From NCBI GenBank assembly GCA_944363855.1, contig CALVVM010000080.1, forward strand, positions 1 through 42,904: a stretch of 42,904 nucleotides of DNA. Direction: 5' to 3'. Position numbers and translations under genes: made by a program. The DNA comes from an uncultured Bacilli bacterium. Its GTDB lineage: Bacteria > Bacillota_I > Bacilli_A > RF39 > UBA660. Under the pieces are notes generated by a model. The model searched no databases. It saw only the letters and a list, made by a program, of their open reading frames with translations, and was not told where the DNA came from. Of the stretch, positions 9,056 through 18,982 are shown piece after piece. The stretch's first letter is position 1, and each line of letters starts with the position of its first letter.

Positions 9056-9324
9056 TTATACACATTTTTGTTTATAAATTAGATGTGGACAAAAATTATG
9101 CACAAAATAATACACTTATTAACATTTAATATAAAATGTTTACATGTTTTATTTAATAAAGTTATGCACAAAAATGTCAATAAATGTCGAATTGTGTTAT
9201 AATATAATAAAAAAATTGTTTAAAAGTGGTGTTTATAAGTAAAAATTAGGATGTTTATAATTAATTATTAAAAAATTGTCATGTTCATAACTAAAAAAAT
9301 ATTGCTTTATTTGATTTATACACA
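9056..9324. other. oriC, DnaA-box cluster upstream of dnaA
   Basis: TTATACACA 9056, TGTGGACAA 9084, TTATGCACA 9096 and 9162, TTATACACA 9316, plus several one-mismatch boxes; the coding strand switches here. Confidence 0.9.
9175..9191 (+). promoter_or_regulatory. Tandem Spo0A-box-like sites in the dnaA upstream region
   Basis: TGTCAAT(9175) and perfect TGTCGAA(9185), just upstream of TG-T-TATAAT(9198). Confidence 0.45.
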
Positions 9325-9394
9325 CATTTTTGTTGTTTTTACTGAAAAAATATTGTAAAATATAGGTGTATAAGTTTTAAGGAGGTTAAGCGGT

Positions 9395-10750
9395 ATGGAT
9401 TTAAATAACATTTGGAATTCATTTCTAGAGAAAATAAAAGTTCAAATATCAGATATTGCTTTTGAAACTTGGTTCTCAGAAACTAAATTAATAAGTTTAA
9501 ATAATAAAACAGCTACTGTTTTAGTTCCTTATCATATACATAAAAAGAATTTGAGTGAAAACTATAGTGATATAATAGAAGAAGTTTTTACTGAAATTAC
9601 TGGTAGTAACTTTAAATTCAATTATGTTATTGAAGAAGAAGTAGAAAATAACTTAACTGAAGATAATCAAATAATAGGTGTTCCTAATAATAATGATTTA
9701 TATGAATCTAATCTAGATCCTAAATATTCATTTGAAAATTTTATGATCGGACCTAGTAATAAGTTTGCAGCTACTAGTGCTTTAGCGGTTGCTGAACAAC
9801 CTGGTAAAATGTATAATCCTTTATTTATATATGGATCAAGTGGGTTAGGGAAAACACACTTAATGCACTCAATAGGTAACTATATAATAAAGAATAGTAA
9901 TAAAAAAGTTTTATATATAACTTGTGATAACTTTGTATCTGATTTTGTTGACATCTGTAGAAAGAATGCAGGTTCTAACAATATGGATGCTATTAAACAA
10001 TTTAAAAATAAATATAGAGATATAGATGTATTAATAATTGATGATATCCACAATTTAGTAGGAGCTACTAGTGCTCAACAAGAGTTTTTCAACACATTTA
10101 ATGAACTATATAATAATGAAAAGCAAATAATTATATCATCAGATAGATCACCAGACGATATTAAAAAATTAGAAGAAAGATTAAAAACAAGATTCAACTG
10201 GGGACTTCAAGTTAATATATTACCTCCAGATTTTAAACTTAGAATGTCTATATTAAATAAGAAAATAGAAAATAATGAACTATCTGGAGTTGTTCCTGAA
10301 GATGTTAAAGAATATATTGCTAGTAATTGTGTAGGGGATGTAAGAAAACTAGAAGGCGCAATAACTCGTGTATTTGCTTACGCAACTATGATGAATGGTT
10401 CAGATATTACGATGGATTTAACAGTTGAAGCTTTAAAAGATTATTTTGTTAAAACTATTGTGTCTAAAAATAAAATGGATCAAGTAGTTCAAATAGTTTG
10501 TGATCATTATAATTTAACTAATGAAGAATTATTAAGTAAAAAAAGAAGTAATGATATAGCAATCCCAAGAATGATAGCTATGTATATATGTCGTGTATAT
10601 CTAGATGAAAATCTTACTAAAATAGGTATTCAATTTGGTGGTAAAAACCATACAACAGTTATGCACGCAGTTGATAAAATTAAAAAAGAAATAATAAAAG
10701 ATGATCATTTGAATGGAGAAATCCAAAAAATGATAAATGAAATTAGATAA
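9395..10750 (+). CDS. dnaA: Chromosomal replication initiator DnaA
   Basis: YNPLFIYGSSGLGKTHL, IIDDI, QQEFFNTFN, RLKTRF, FGGKNHTTVMHA. Confidence 0.99.
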   Translation: MDLNNIWNSFLEKIKVQISDIAFETWFSETKLISLNNKTATVLVPYHIHKKNLSENYSDIIEEVFTEITGSNFKFNYVIEEEVENNLTEDNQIIGVPNNNDLYESNLDPKYSFENFMIGPSNKFAATSALAVAEQPGKMYNPLFIYGSSGLGKTHLMHSIGNYIIKNSNKKVLYITCDNFVSDFVDICRKNAGSNNMDAIKQFKNKYRDIDVLIIDDIHNLVGATSAQQEFFNTFNELYNNEKQIIISSDRSPDDIKKLEERLKTRFNWGLQVNILPPDFKLRMSILNKKIENNELSGVVPEDVKEYIASNCVGDVRKLEGAITRVFAYATMMNGSDITMDLTVEALKDYFVKTIVSKNKMDQVVQIVCDHYNLTNEELLSKKRSNDIAIPRMIAMYICRVYLDENLTKIGIQFGGKNHTTVMHAVDKIKKEIIKDDHLNGEIQKMINEIR

Positions 10751-10882
10751 ATGTTGATTAAATAAAAATATAAACTTTTTATAAACATTAACAAAAGTAT
10801 TGAAAATAAAGGATAAAATAGGATTATACACATTATGAACACTAATAAAAATAATAATATTATTAAAGAAAGAGGGTAAATT
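10751..10882. other. oriC unwinding region between dnaA and dnaN
   Basis: TTATAAACA 10779; adjacent boxes TTATACACA 10824 and TTATGAACA 10833 followed by trio-like CTA ATA AAA ATA ATA ATA TTA TTA, as in the B. subtilis incC layout. Confidence 0.7.
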
Positions 10883-12004
10883 ATGAAATTATCAATAAAA
10901 CAAAAAGTATTAATGGAGCACTTAAACTATGTTATTAAAGGAATATCTAGTAAAAATTTAATACCTATTTTAAACTGTATCAAATTTGAATTAACAAATG
11001 AAGGTTTATATTTATTAAGTACAGATAATGAACTAGCTATTAAATCTTTTATACCAGCTAGTGAAATAGATAATATAGAAGTTCAAGGAGAATTATTAAT
11101 ATCAGGTAAATATATATATGATATAGTAAGAAAATTAAATAATGAAATAATAAATATAGAAGAAATTATAGATTCACAAGTATTAATTACTACTGAATCA
11201 TCTTCATTTAAATTAAATTGTAATGAAGTTAGTGAATTTCCAAGTATAGATTTAGAATTTACAGGTACTCCTGTAGTTATGGATAAAAGAGTATTTAAAA
11301 CTACTATAAATCAAACTATATTTGCTACATCAACACAAGAAAGTAGACCAGTATTAACAGGTATTAATTTTAAAATAAATGAAAATATAATGGAAGTAAC
11401 TGCTACAGATTCATATAGATTATCTAAAAAAAGAATTACTTTAGATCAAAAAGTAGCTGATAATGTAGATATAATTATTCCAAGTAGAAACTTAAGTGAA
11501 ATAATTAAATTAATGAGTGATGATGAAGAACAAACAGAATTACATATTTTCTCAAATAAAGTAATATTTAAAATAGGTAATTTAATAGTAATGACTAGAT
11601 TAATAAATGGTAATTATCCAGATACAAACAAATTAATTCCAAAAAATTTTGAATTAAAAATAAAAGTAAATCTTGATAATTTCTATAATGCTATAGATAG
11701 AGCTTCTTTATTAACAAATGCAGAAGAAAAAAATATTATTAAATTAGAAACTAAAAAAGATATTATGATTATTTCATCTAATATTCCAGAAATCGGTAAT
11801 GTAGAAGAAAAAATAAAAATAGAAAAGAGTGTAGATTCAGATATTAAAATATCTTTTAGTTCAAAATATATGATGGATGCTATTAAAACATTTGATAGTG
11901 AAGAAATTGAATTATCATTTAATGGAGAAATTAAACCAATTATTATTAACTATGTGGATAACGATGATTTAACACAATTAATATTACCAATAAGAACATA
12001 TTAA
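10883..12004 (+). CDS. dnaN: DNA polymerase III beta clamp
   Basis: SRPVLTG, ATDSYRL, RLINGNYPD, LILPIRTY. Confidence 0.98.
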   Translation: MKLSIKQKVLMEHLNYVIKGISSKNLIPILNCIKFELTNEGLYLLSTDNELAIKSFIPASEIDNIEVQGELLISGKYIYDIVRKLNNEIINIEEIIDSQVLITTESSSFKLNCNEVSEFPSIDLEFTGTPVVMDKRVFKTTINQTIFATSTQESRPVLTGINFKINENIMEVTATDSYRLSKKRITLDQKVADNVDIIIPSRNLSEIIKLMSDDEEQTELHIFSNKVIFKIGNLIVMTRLINGNYPDTNKLIPKNFELKIKVNLDNFYNAIDRASLLTNAEEKNIIKLETKKDIMIISSNIPEIGNVEEKIKIEKSVDSDIKISFSSKYMMDAIKTFDSEEIELSFNGEIKPIIINYVDNDDLTQLILPIRTY

Positions 12005-12021
12005 TTAAAATATATGTGTAT

Positions 12022-12055
12022 AAAACTACAAAAATCAACAATTTGTAGTTTTTTT
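12022..12055 (+). terminator. Terminator after dnaN
   Basis: AAAACTACAAA...TTTGTAGTTTT plus T-run. Confidence 0.65.
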
Positions 12056-12073
12056 ATACAATTTTTTAGAGTT

Positions 12074-12100
12074 ATCGACATAAATCTTCTTTTTTCGACA
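12074..12100 (-). promoter_or_regulatory. Two Spo0A-box-like sites upstream of comK
   Basis: ATCGACA 12074 and TTCGACA 12094 (reverse complement TGTCGAA), exactly 20 bp apart, each followed by AAATCTT. Confidence 0.5.
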
Positions 12101-12140
12101 AATCTTAGGTGTATAAGAGATAGCAAGAAAGGGGGATAGT

Positions 12141-12599
12141 ATGGAAGATTATGAAATAAGCTCAGCAACTTTAGCTATAGTGCCTTTGGGTGAAGAAGTA
12201 TCTAAAGTTTATGAAGAAGAAGATGAATATATTATTCAAAAATCTGCTAATAGTATTATTAAAGATAATTGTGAGTTTTATGGCAGTTCATATGAAGGTA
12301 GATGTATTGGTACTAAAACTTTAACTGGTATTAAAACAAAATTTCCAATAATAATAGAAGAAAGTAGAAATATTATATTTTTTCCAACTTCATCAACTAG
12401 AACTAAACAAAGTACTTGGATAGCACTAAATAAAATTAAAGAAATATCAAAAAAAGAACATCAAAATAGTGAAATTTTATTTAAAAATCAAGATACTTTA
12501 GATTTAGATATTTCAGTTAACTCATTAGAAAATCAAATTGTTAGAGCTACTATGTTGAAATCTAAATTATATGAAAGAAAATTAGAAGAAAAAAACTAA
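12141..12599 (+). CDS. comK: Competence transcription factor ComK family protein
   Basis: YEISSATLAIVP, CEFYGSSYEGR, PIII..IIFFPT, WI, ISVNSLENQIVR align with B. subtilis ComK. Confidence 0.88.
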   Translation: MEDYEISSATLAIVPLGEEVSKVYEEEDEYIIQKSANSIIKDNCEFYGSSYEGRCIGTKTLTGIKTKFPIIIEESRNIIFFPTSSTRTKQSTWIALNKIKEISKKEHQNSEILFKNQDTLDLDISVNSLENQIVRATMLKSKLYERKLEEKN

Positions 12600-12709
12600 T
12601 TTTTCTTTTTTTATTGGGTAATTTATGATATAATATGTATAGGTGTATAGGAGTACTTAAACTTACTAAAATTGAAAATAGGGTGGTTTTAAATGAAAAA
12701 AGTGAAAAT

Positions 12710-13837
12710 ATGTATATAAAAAAGTTAAAATTACACGATTTTAGAAATTATAAAAGTTTAAATGTTACTCTTACAAAAGGAATAAATATAATTTATGGAG
12801 AAAATGCCCAAGGTAAAACTAATTTACTTGAAAGTATATATGTTTTAGGCCTTACAAAATCACATCGAAGTTTTATAGATAATAATCTTATAAATAATAC
12901 TGGTGAATATTTAACTATAGAAGGTATTGTTAATAATGAGAAGATAGATAATAAATTTAATATTTATATAGATAATAAAAATAAAATATTAAAATTTAAT
13001 AATAATACTATAAAAAAGATAAGTGATTATATTTCTTTAATGAATATAATTATTTTTTATCCAGATGATTTGGAATTAATAAAAGGATCTCCAATAAATA
13101 GAAGAAAATATATTAATTTAGAATTATCTCAATTATATAGTAATTATTTTATCTTAATAAATGAATATAATAAGATTTTAAAATTAAGAAATGAATATTT
13201 AAAAAAAATAAACAAAAAAGTATCTGTTGATAAAAATTATATAGAAATATTAACTGGCTATTTGATAGATAAATCTATAATGATATATAAAATGAGAGAT
13301 AAGTTTATAAATAAAGTAAATGAATATTGTACTGATATTTATAATGATATTATGAATTTAGATGGATTTAGTATTAAATATAGACCAAGTATAGAAATAG
13401 ATTTGAAAGATTTTAATTTAAAAGAATATTTAAAAAATGAATATGATAAAAAGTTAGATTATGATATAAAACTTTGTTCAACTAGTATTGGACCACATAA
13501 AGATGATATAGAATTTTATTTAGGTGATAAAAATTTAAAGTATTATGGTTCACAAGGTCAACAAAGAGTAGCTGTTTTAGCTTTAAAATTAGCTGAAATA
13601 GAAATATTTAAAAAATATAAAGAATCAACTCCAATATTACTATTAGATGATATATTTAGTGAGTTAGATGATAAAAAGAAAAATAATTTGTTAAAGTATA
13701 TAAGTAAAAATATACAAACAATTATTACAACAACTGATTTGAATAATTTAGATTCTAAATTAATTAAGAAATCTAAGTTATTTAATATAAATAATGGCAA
13801 CATAATAAAAATAAAAGAGGTGAAGTTAGATGAGTAA
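12710..13837 (+). CDS. recF: DNA replication/repair protein RecF
   Basis: [41 protein letters not shown]; start moved to MYIKK. Confidence 0.96.
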   Translation: MYIKKLKLHDFRNYKSLNVTLTKGINIIYGENAQGKTNLLESIYVLGLTKSHRSFIDNNLINNTGEYLTIEGIVNNEKIDNKFNIYIDNKNKILKFNNNTIKKISDYISLMNIIIFYPDDLELIKGSPINRRKYINLELSQLYSNYFILINEYNKILKLRNEYLKKINKKVSVDKNYIEILTGYLIDKSIMIYKMRDKFINKVNEYCTDIYNDIMNLDGFSIKYRPSIEIDLKDFNLKEYLKNEYDKKLDYDIKLCSTSIGPHKDDIEFYLGDKNLKYYGSQGQQRVAVLALKLAEIEIFKKYKESTPILLLDDIFSELDDKKKNNLLKYISKNIQTIITTTDLNNLDSKLIKKSKLFNINNGNIIKIKEVKLDE

Positions 13838-15755
13838 TGAGACACATTATGATGCATCGGATATTCAAGTATTAGAAGGATTAGAAGCAGTTAGAAAAAG
13901 ACCTGGTATGTACATAGGTACAACAGATGTTAAAGGGTTACACCATTTAGTTTGGGAAATAGTGGATAATGCTATAGATGAATCTTTAGCTGGATACTGT
14001 GATGATATTGAAGTTATTATAAATAAAGGTAATTCAATAACAGTAAAAGATGATGGTCGTGGTATTCCAGTAGATATACATCCAAAAACTAAAAAGAGTA
14101 CAGTAGAAACAGTTTATACTGTGCTTCATGCTGGAGGAAAATTTGGTGGAGGAGGATACAAAGTATCTGGAGGTCTTCACGGAGTTGGTGCTTCAGTTGT
14201 TAATGCATTATCAAGTTATGTGGAAGTAACAGTTTATAAAAATGGTAAAATTCACTATATCAAATTTGAAAATGGTGGTAAAACTACTGAACCATTAAAA
14301 GTAATAGGTGAGTGTGAACCTGATAGAACAGGTACTTGGGTAACATTTAAACCAGATCCAGAAATATTTGATACTGATATTTATGATTATAATACATTAA
14401 AAGTTAGAATTAGAGAGCTTGCTTTCTTAAATAAAGGCTTAAGAATAACTTTAAGAGATGATAGAGATGATGAAGATACAACAGGAGAAACTTTTGTTTA
14501 TGAAGGTGGTATAAGTGAATATGTTAAATTTATAAATCAAGAAAAAACACCAATTCATGAAAATATTATTCATTTAGAAGGTACTGAAGATAACGTAGTA
14601 TTTGAAGTAGCTTTACAATACACAAATGGATATAATGATAATATTTATTCATTTGTTAATAATATCAATACTCATGATGGTGGTACTCATGAAGATGGCG
14701 TTAAAAGAGCTTTAACACGTGTTATAAATAATTATGCTAGAAAGTTTAATATATTAAAAGAAAAAGATGAAAACTTAACTGGAGACGATGTTAAAGAAGG
14801 TTTAACAATGATAGTTTCTTGTAAACATCCAAATCCACAATTTGAAGGTCAAACAAAAGGAAGACTTGGAAATAGTGAAGTTAGAAAACTTGCAGATAAT
14901 GTATTTAGTGAAGGTTTTGAAAAATTCTTATATGAAAATCCAGATGAAGCAAGAGTTATCATAGAAAAAGCAATGTTAGCTTGTAGAGCAAGAAATGCTG
15001 CTAAAAAAGCAAGAGAAATTACAAGAAAAAGTGATTTAGCAATGACTAATTTCTTTGGTAAACTTTCTGATTGTAAAAGTAAAGATCCAAAAGTATCTGA
15101 AATATTTATAGTCGAAGGGGACTCTGCTGGAGGAAGTGCTAAAAAAGGTAGAGATGCCATGACACAAGCAATTTTACCACTTAGAGGTAAGATTTTGAAT
15201 GTAGAAAAGGCAAGATTAGATAGAGCTTTAGGTAATGAAGAAATAAGAACAATAATAACTGCATTCGGTACAGGTATAGGTGAAGATTTTAATTTAGAAA
15301 AATTAAGATATGATAAAATCATAATCATGACCGATGCCGATGTTGATGGATCTCATATTCGTGTATTATTATTAACATTATTCTATAGATTTTTTAAACC
15401 TATAGTAGAAGCAGGACATGTTTATGCAGCTCAACCACCATTATTTAGAATAATGCATGGTAAAACACGTAAATATGTACTTGATGAAAAAGAAAAAGAT
15501 GAATATTTAGCTACTTTACCAGAAAATGTAAGAAATAGAGTAGAAATCGCACGTATGAAAGGGTTAGGAGAGATGGATGCATCTGAGCTTAACGAAACTA
15601 CTATGGATATTGAAAAAAGAACTCTTAGAAAAATTACAGTTGATGATTGTGTAGCTGCAGATGCTATATTTGAAAAATTAATGGGTGACGAAGTAGAACC
15701 TAGACGCGCATTTATTGAAGAAAATGCTAAATTTGTAGAAAACTTAGATATTTAG
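13830..15755 (+). CDS. gyrB: DNA gyrase subunit B
   Basis: [41 protein letters not shown]. Confidence 0.98.
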   Translation: MSNETHYDASDIQVLEGLEAVRKRPGMYIGTTDVKGLHHLVWEIVDNAIDESLAGYCDDIEVIINKGNSITVKDDGRGIPVDIHPKTKKSTVETVYTVLHAGGKFGGGGYKVSGGLHGVGASVVNALSSYVEVTVYKNGKIHYIKFENGGKTTEPLKVIGECEPDRTGTWVTFKPDPEIFDTDIYDYNTLKVRIRELAFLNKGLRITLRDDRDDEDTTGETFVYEGGISEYVKFINQEKTPIHENIIHLEGTEDNVVFEVALQYTNGYNDNIYSFVNNINTHDGGTHEDGVKRALTRVINNYARKFNILKEKDENLTGDDVKEGLTMIVSCKHPNPQFEGQTKGRLGNSEVRKLADNVFSEGFEKFLYENPDEARVIIEKAMLACRARNAAKKAREITRKSDLAMTNFFGKLSDCKSKDPKVSEIFIVEGDSAGGSAKKGRDAMTQAILPLRGKILNVEKARLDRALGNEEIRTIITAFGTGIGEDFNLEKLRYDKIIIMTDADVDGSHIRVLLLTLFYRFFKPIVEAGHVYAAQPPLFRIMHGKTRKYVLDEKEKDEYLATLPENVRNRVEIARMKGLGEMDASELNETTMDIEKRTLRKITVDDCVAADAIFEKLMGDEVEPRRAFIEENAKFVENLDI

Positions 15756-15767
15756 GAGGTGTAATAT

Positions 15768-18311
15768 ATGGAAAATGAAGAAAAAGTAACAGAAGAATTA
15801 GAAGAAAAACAAGAATTTGGTGGAACATTCCATGAAAGAGATAGTTTATCTGAAAATAACATAGTAAATGAAGTAAGAACTTCTTTCCTTGATTACTCAA
15901 TGAGTGTTATTACATCTCGTGCTATTCCTGATTTAAGAGATGGTTTAAAGCCTGTTCATAGAAGAATTTTATGGTCTATGTATGAAGAAGGTAATACACC
16001 GGATAAACCACATAAAAAATCTGCAACAACAGTTGGATACGTTATGGGACATTACCACCCACATGGAGATTCATCTATTTATGATGCAATGGTTCGTTTA
16101 GCTCAAGATTTTAACCAAAGATATATGTTAGTTGATGGACATGGTAACTTTGGTAATATTGAAGGTGATGGCGCTGCTGCTTACCGTTATACAGAAGCAA
16201 GACTTGCTAAAATATCATTAGAACTTTTAAGGGATATTAAAAAAGATACTGTTGATATGGATTGGAACTTCGATGTAACAAGTAAAGAACCAAAAGTTTT
16301 ACCATCAAGATTTCCTAATGTTTTAGTTAATGGATCAATGGGTATTGCAGTTGGTATGGCAACTAACATTCCACCTCATAATTTAGGTGAAGTAATAGAT
16401 GGTTGTATTGCATATATAGATAATCCTGATATAGATACTAATGGATTAATGCAATATATTAAAGGGCCAGATTTTCCAACAGGTGGTATAATATTAGGAA
16501 ATTCAGGTATTAAAAAAGCATATGAAACAGGTCGTGGATCAATTACTATTAGAAGTAGAGCTATGATAGAAGAAGAAGGAAATCATAGTAATATAGTAAT
16601 TACTGAAGTTCCATATGGAGTAAATACTTTAGAATTAAAAAACAAAGTTGCAGAACTTGTTCATAATAAAGTAATAGAAGGAATAGCTGACTATCATACA
16701 GATTTAAAAGAAGGAGTAAAAATAACAATAACTTTAAAAAGAGATGCTAATCCACAAGTAGTATTAAACAATTTATATAAACATACCAATTTTCAAGTAA
16801 ATTATGGAATTATTTTATTAGTTATTGATGATGGAACACCAAGAACTTTAGGTCTTAAAGATATAATATCTAAATATATTGAACATCAAAAAGAAGTAAT
16901 TATAAGAAGAACTAAATTTGATTTAGAAAAAGCAGAAAATAGAGTTCATATATTAGAAGGTTATAAAATTGCTCAAGATAATATAGATGAAGTTATTAAG
17001 ATAATTAAATCTGCTAAAAGTGATATAGAAGCAAAAGAAAAATTAATGTCTAGGTTTGGATTAACTGAAATTCAAACAGATGCTATATTAGAATTAAAAT
17101 TAAGACGTTTAACAGGTTTAGAAAGAGAAAAAATAGAAGCAGAACTTGCTGAATTATTGAAACTTATTGCTGAATATAAAGAAATTTTAGCAGATATGAA
17201 TAAAGTATTAGAAATTATTAAAAATGAAATGCTTGAAATAAAAGAAAAATATTCAGATGAAAGAAGAACTTCAATAGATATGACAGCAATTGATTATATT
17301 GATGATGAATCATTGATTCCTGTTGAAGATTTAGTTATAACTTTAACTAATAAAGGATATATTAAACGTGTTGAAAGTGATACTTATAAAGCTCAAAATA
17401 GGGGTGGTGTAGGTATTAAAGGTATGACAACAAATGAAGAAGATTTTGTTGAAAATATTCTTTCAATGACAACACATGATTACATTATGTTCTTTACTAA
17501 TAAAGGTAAAGTATATAGAATGAAAGGTTATGAAGTTCCTTTATTCAATAGACAATCAAAAGGATTACCAATAATTAACTTACTACCATTAGAAAAAGAT
17601 GAAAAAGTTAATGTTATGTTAAAAGCAACTCCAAAAGATGTTCCAGCATATGTTGTACTTTGTACACAAAAAGGAATAATTAAGAGAACTAAAATAACAG
17701 AATTTGAAAATATTAGAACTAATGGTAAGATAGCTATTACATTAAAAGATGATGATGAACTTATTTCAGCTAAAATTACTGAAGGAAATTCAGAAATTTT
17801 AATTGCTTCTTCAAATGGTAGATTAATTAGATTTAATGAAAATGAAGTAAGAATCATGGGAAGAAGTGCATCAGGCGTTAGAGGTATTGATGTAGGAGAT
17901 GGAATAGCTGTTGGTATGGAAATTTCTTCAGAAAAAGATGATGTATTGGTTGTAACTGAAAAAGGTTATGGTAAAAAGACAAATATAGATCAGTATAGAA
18001 TGACACATAGAGGAAGTAAAGGTGTTAAAGCACTTAATGTTACAGAAAAGAATGGAAATATAGTTTCATTTAAAATAGTAAATGGGGAAGAAGATTTAAT
18101 GATTATTACAGATAGTGGAATAATTATTAGATTACCGCTTTCTCAAGTATCATCTACTGGCCGTGTTGCTCAAGGTGTTAAATTAATTAACTTAAAAGAT
18201 AATCAAAAAGTAAGTACAATAGCAATTATTGAACATAATGAAGAAGAATCAGAAGTAGAGGAACAACAAACAATAGAACAAGAAGTAGAAAATAATAATA
18301 GTTCTGAATAA
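15768..18311 (+). CDS. gyrA: DNA gyrase subunit A
   Basis: DGLKPVHRR, HPHGDSSIYD, YRYTEA, GyrA-box QNRGGVG. Confidence 0.98.
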   Translation: MENEEKVTEELEEKQEFGGTFHERDSLSENNIVNEVRTSFLDYSMSVITSRAIPDLRDGLKPVHRRILWSMYEEGNTPDKPHKKSATTVGYVMGHYHPHGDSSIYDAMVRLAQDFNQRYMLVDGHGNFGNIEGDGAAAYRYTEARLAKISLELLRDIKKDTVDMDWNFDVTSKEPKVLPSRFPNVLVNGSMGIAVGMATNIPPHNLGEVIDGCIAYIDNPDIDTNGLMQYIKGPDFPTGGIILGNSGIKKAYETGRGSITIRSRAMIEEEGNHSNIVITEVPYGVNTLELKNKVAELVHNKVIEGIADYHTDLKEGVKITITLKRDANPQVVLNNLYKHTNFQVNYGIILLVIDDGTPRTLGLKDIISKYIEHQKEVIIRRTKFDLEKAENRVHILEGYKIAQDNIDEVIKIIKSAKSDIEAKEKLMSRFGLTEIQTDAILELKLRRLTGLEREKIEAELAELLKLIAEYKEILADMNKVLEIIKNEMLEIKEKYSDERRTSIDMTAIDYIDDESLIPVEDLVITLTNKGYIKRVESDTYKAQNRGGVGIKGMTTNEEDFVENILSMTTHDYIMFFTNKGKVYRMKGYEVPLFNRQSKGLPIINLLPLEKDEKVNVMLKATPKDVPAYVVLCTQKGIIKRTKITEFENIRTNGKIAITLKDDDELISAKITEGNSEILIASSNGRLIRFNENEVRIMGRSASGVRGIDVGDGIAVGMEISSEKDDVLVVTEKGYGKKTNIDQYRMTHRGSKGVKALNVTEKNGNIVSFKIVNGEEDLMIITDSGIIIRLPLSQVSSTGRVAQGVKLINLKDNQKVSTIAIIEHNEEESEVEEQQTIEQEVENNNSSE

Positions 18312-18315
18312 TATT

Positions 18316-18348
18316 AAAGGAATGTTTCACGTGAAACATTCCTTTTTT
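18316..18348 (+). terminator. gyrA terminator built on a parS palindrome
   Basis: AAAGGAATGTTTCACGTGAAACATTCCTTT perfect 30 bp palindrome continuing into a T-run, 4 nt after the stop. Confidence 0.7.
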
Positions 18349-18511
18349 ATATTTTATTTAATAAATAAAAAAAATTATAACTATCAATGTTTCACGTGAA
18401 ACATTGATATAAACTAAATAAATTGTTTTAAAATATATTAAATTTATATGTTTCACGTGAAACATATAAATAAAGTATTGATATTTTTTTTATTTATAAT
18501 ATATTATTAAT

Positions 18512-18581
18512 GCACAACATTTATATTCAAATCAGGTCAGAGTTGGAAGACAGCAGCCTTAAGAATCTCTAAATGTGTGTG
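18512..18581 (+). ncRNA. ffs: Small SRP (4.5S) RNA, copy 1
   Basis: Domain IV GG-UCAGA-GUU-GGAA-GAC-AGCAG-CC; outer stem GCACAACAUUUA/UAAAUGUGUGUG; TTGATA upstream and a T-run downstream; near tadA-dnaX like B. subtilis scr. Confidence 0.85.
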
Positions 18582-18675
18582 TTTTTTTTTGTTTTTGTAA
18601 TAAAACACTAATGTTTCACGTGAAACATATAAATAAAGTATTGATATTTTTTTTTATTTATAATATATTATTAAT

Positions 18676-18746
18676 GCACAACATTTATATTTGAATCAGG
18701 TCAGAGTTGGAAGACAGCAGCCTTAAGAATCTCTAAATGTGTGTGC
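18676..18746 (+). ncRNA. ffs: Small SRP (4.5S) RNA, copy 2
   Basis: Identical domain IV; closing stem GCACA/UGUGC fully paired. Confidence 0.85.
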
Positions 18747-18966
18747 TTTTTTTTATTTTTTGTAATAAAACACTAATGTTTCACGTGAAACATTAGTGAA
18801 AAAACAACTAAATATAATACAAAAAAACAAAAATATTAAAATTTATATAATTTTATAATATAATATAGATAGAAAATATCAATGTTTCACGTGAAACATT
18901 GATGAAATAAACACTAAAAAATATAATTATTAATAAATAAATTAAAATAATTTTATTTAAATAAAT

Positions 18967-18982
18967 TATTTCCTGGGAAATA
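18967..18982. promoter_or_regulatory. Noc-binding site
   Basis: TATTTCCTGGGAAATA, 15/16 match to the NBS consensus, 7 bp from parS7. Confidence 0.7.

Larger units (their letters stand above)
18448..18793. repeat. Tandem duplication (163 and 165 bp units) bounded by parS sites
   Basis: Units differ by 4 transitions and 2 single-T indels. Confidence 0.93.

Noticed and set aside
12020-12140. ComK boxes (AAAA-N5-TTTT pairs) upstream of comK or the pilin gene
   Set aside because: No clean correctly spaced pair found, and such motifs are uninformative at this AT content
16010-16110. Divergent GyrA segment (KKSATTVGYV) as a quinolone-resistance signature
   Set aside because: Canonical QRDR positions (GDSSIYD: Ser83 and Asp87 equivalents) are wild type
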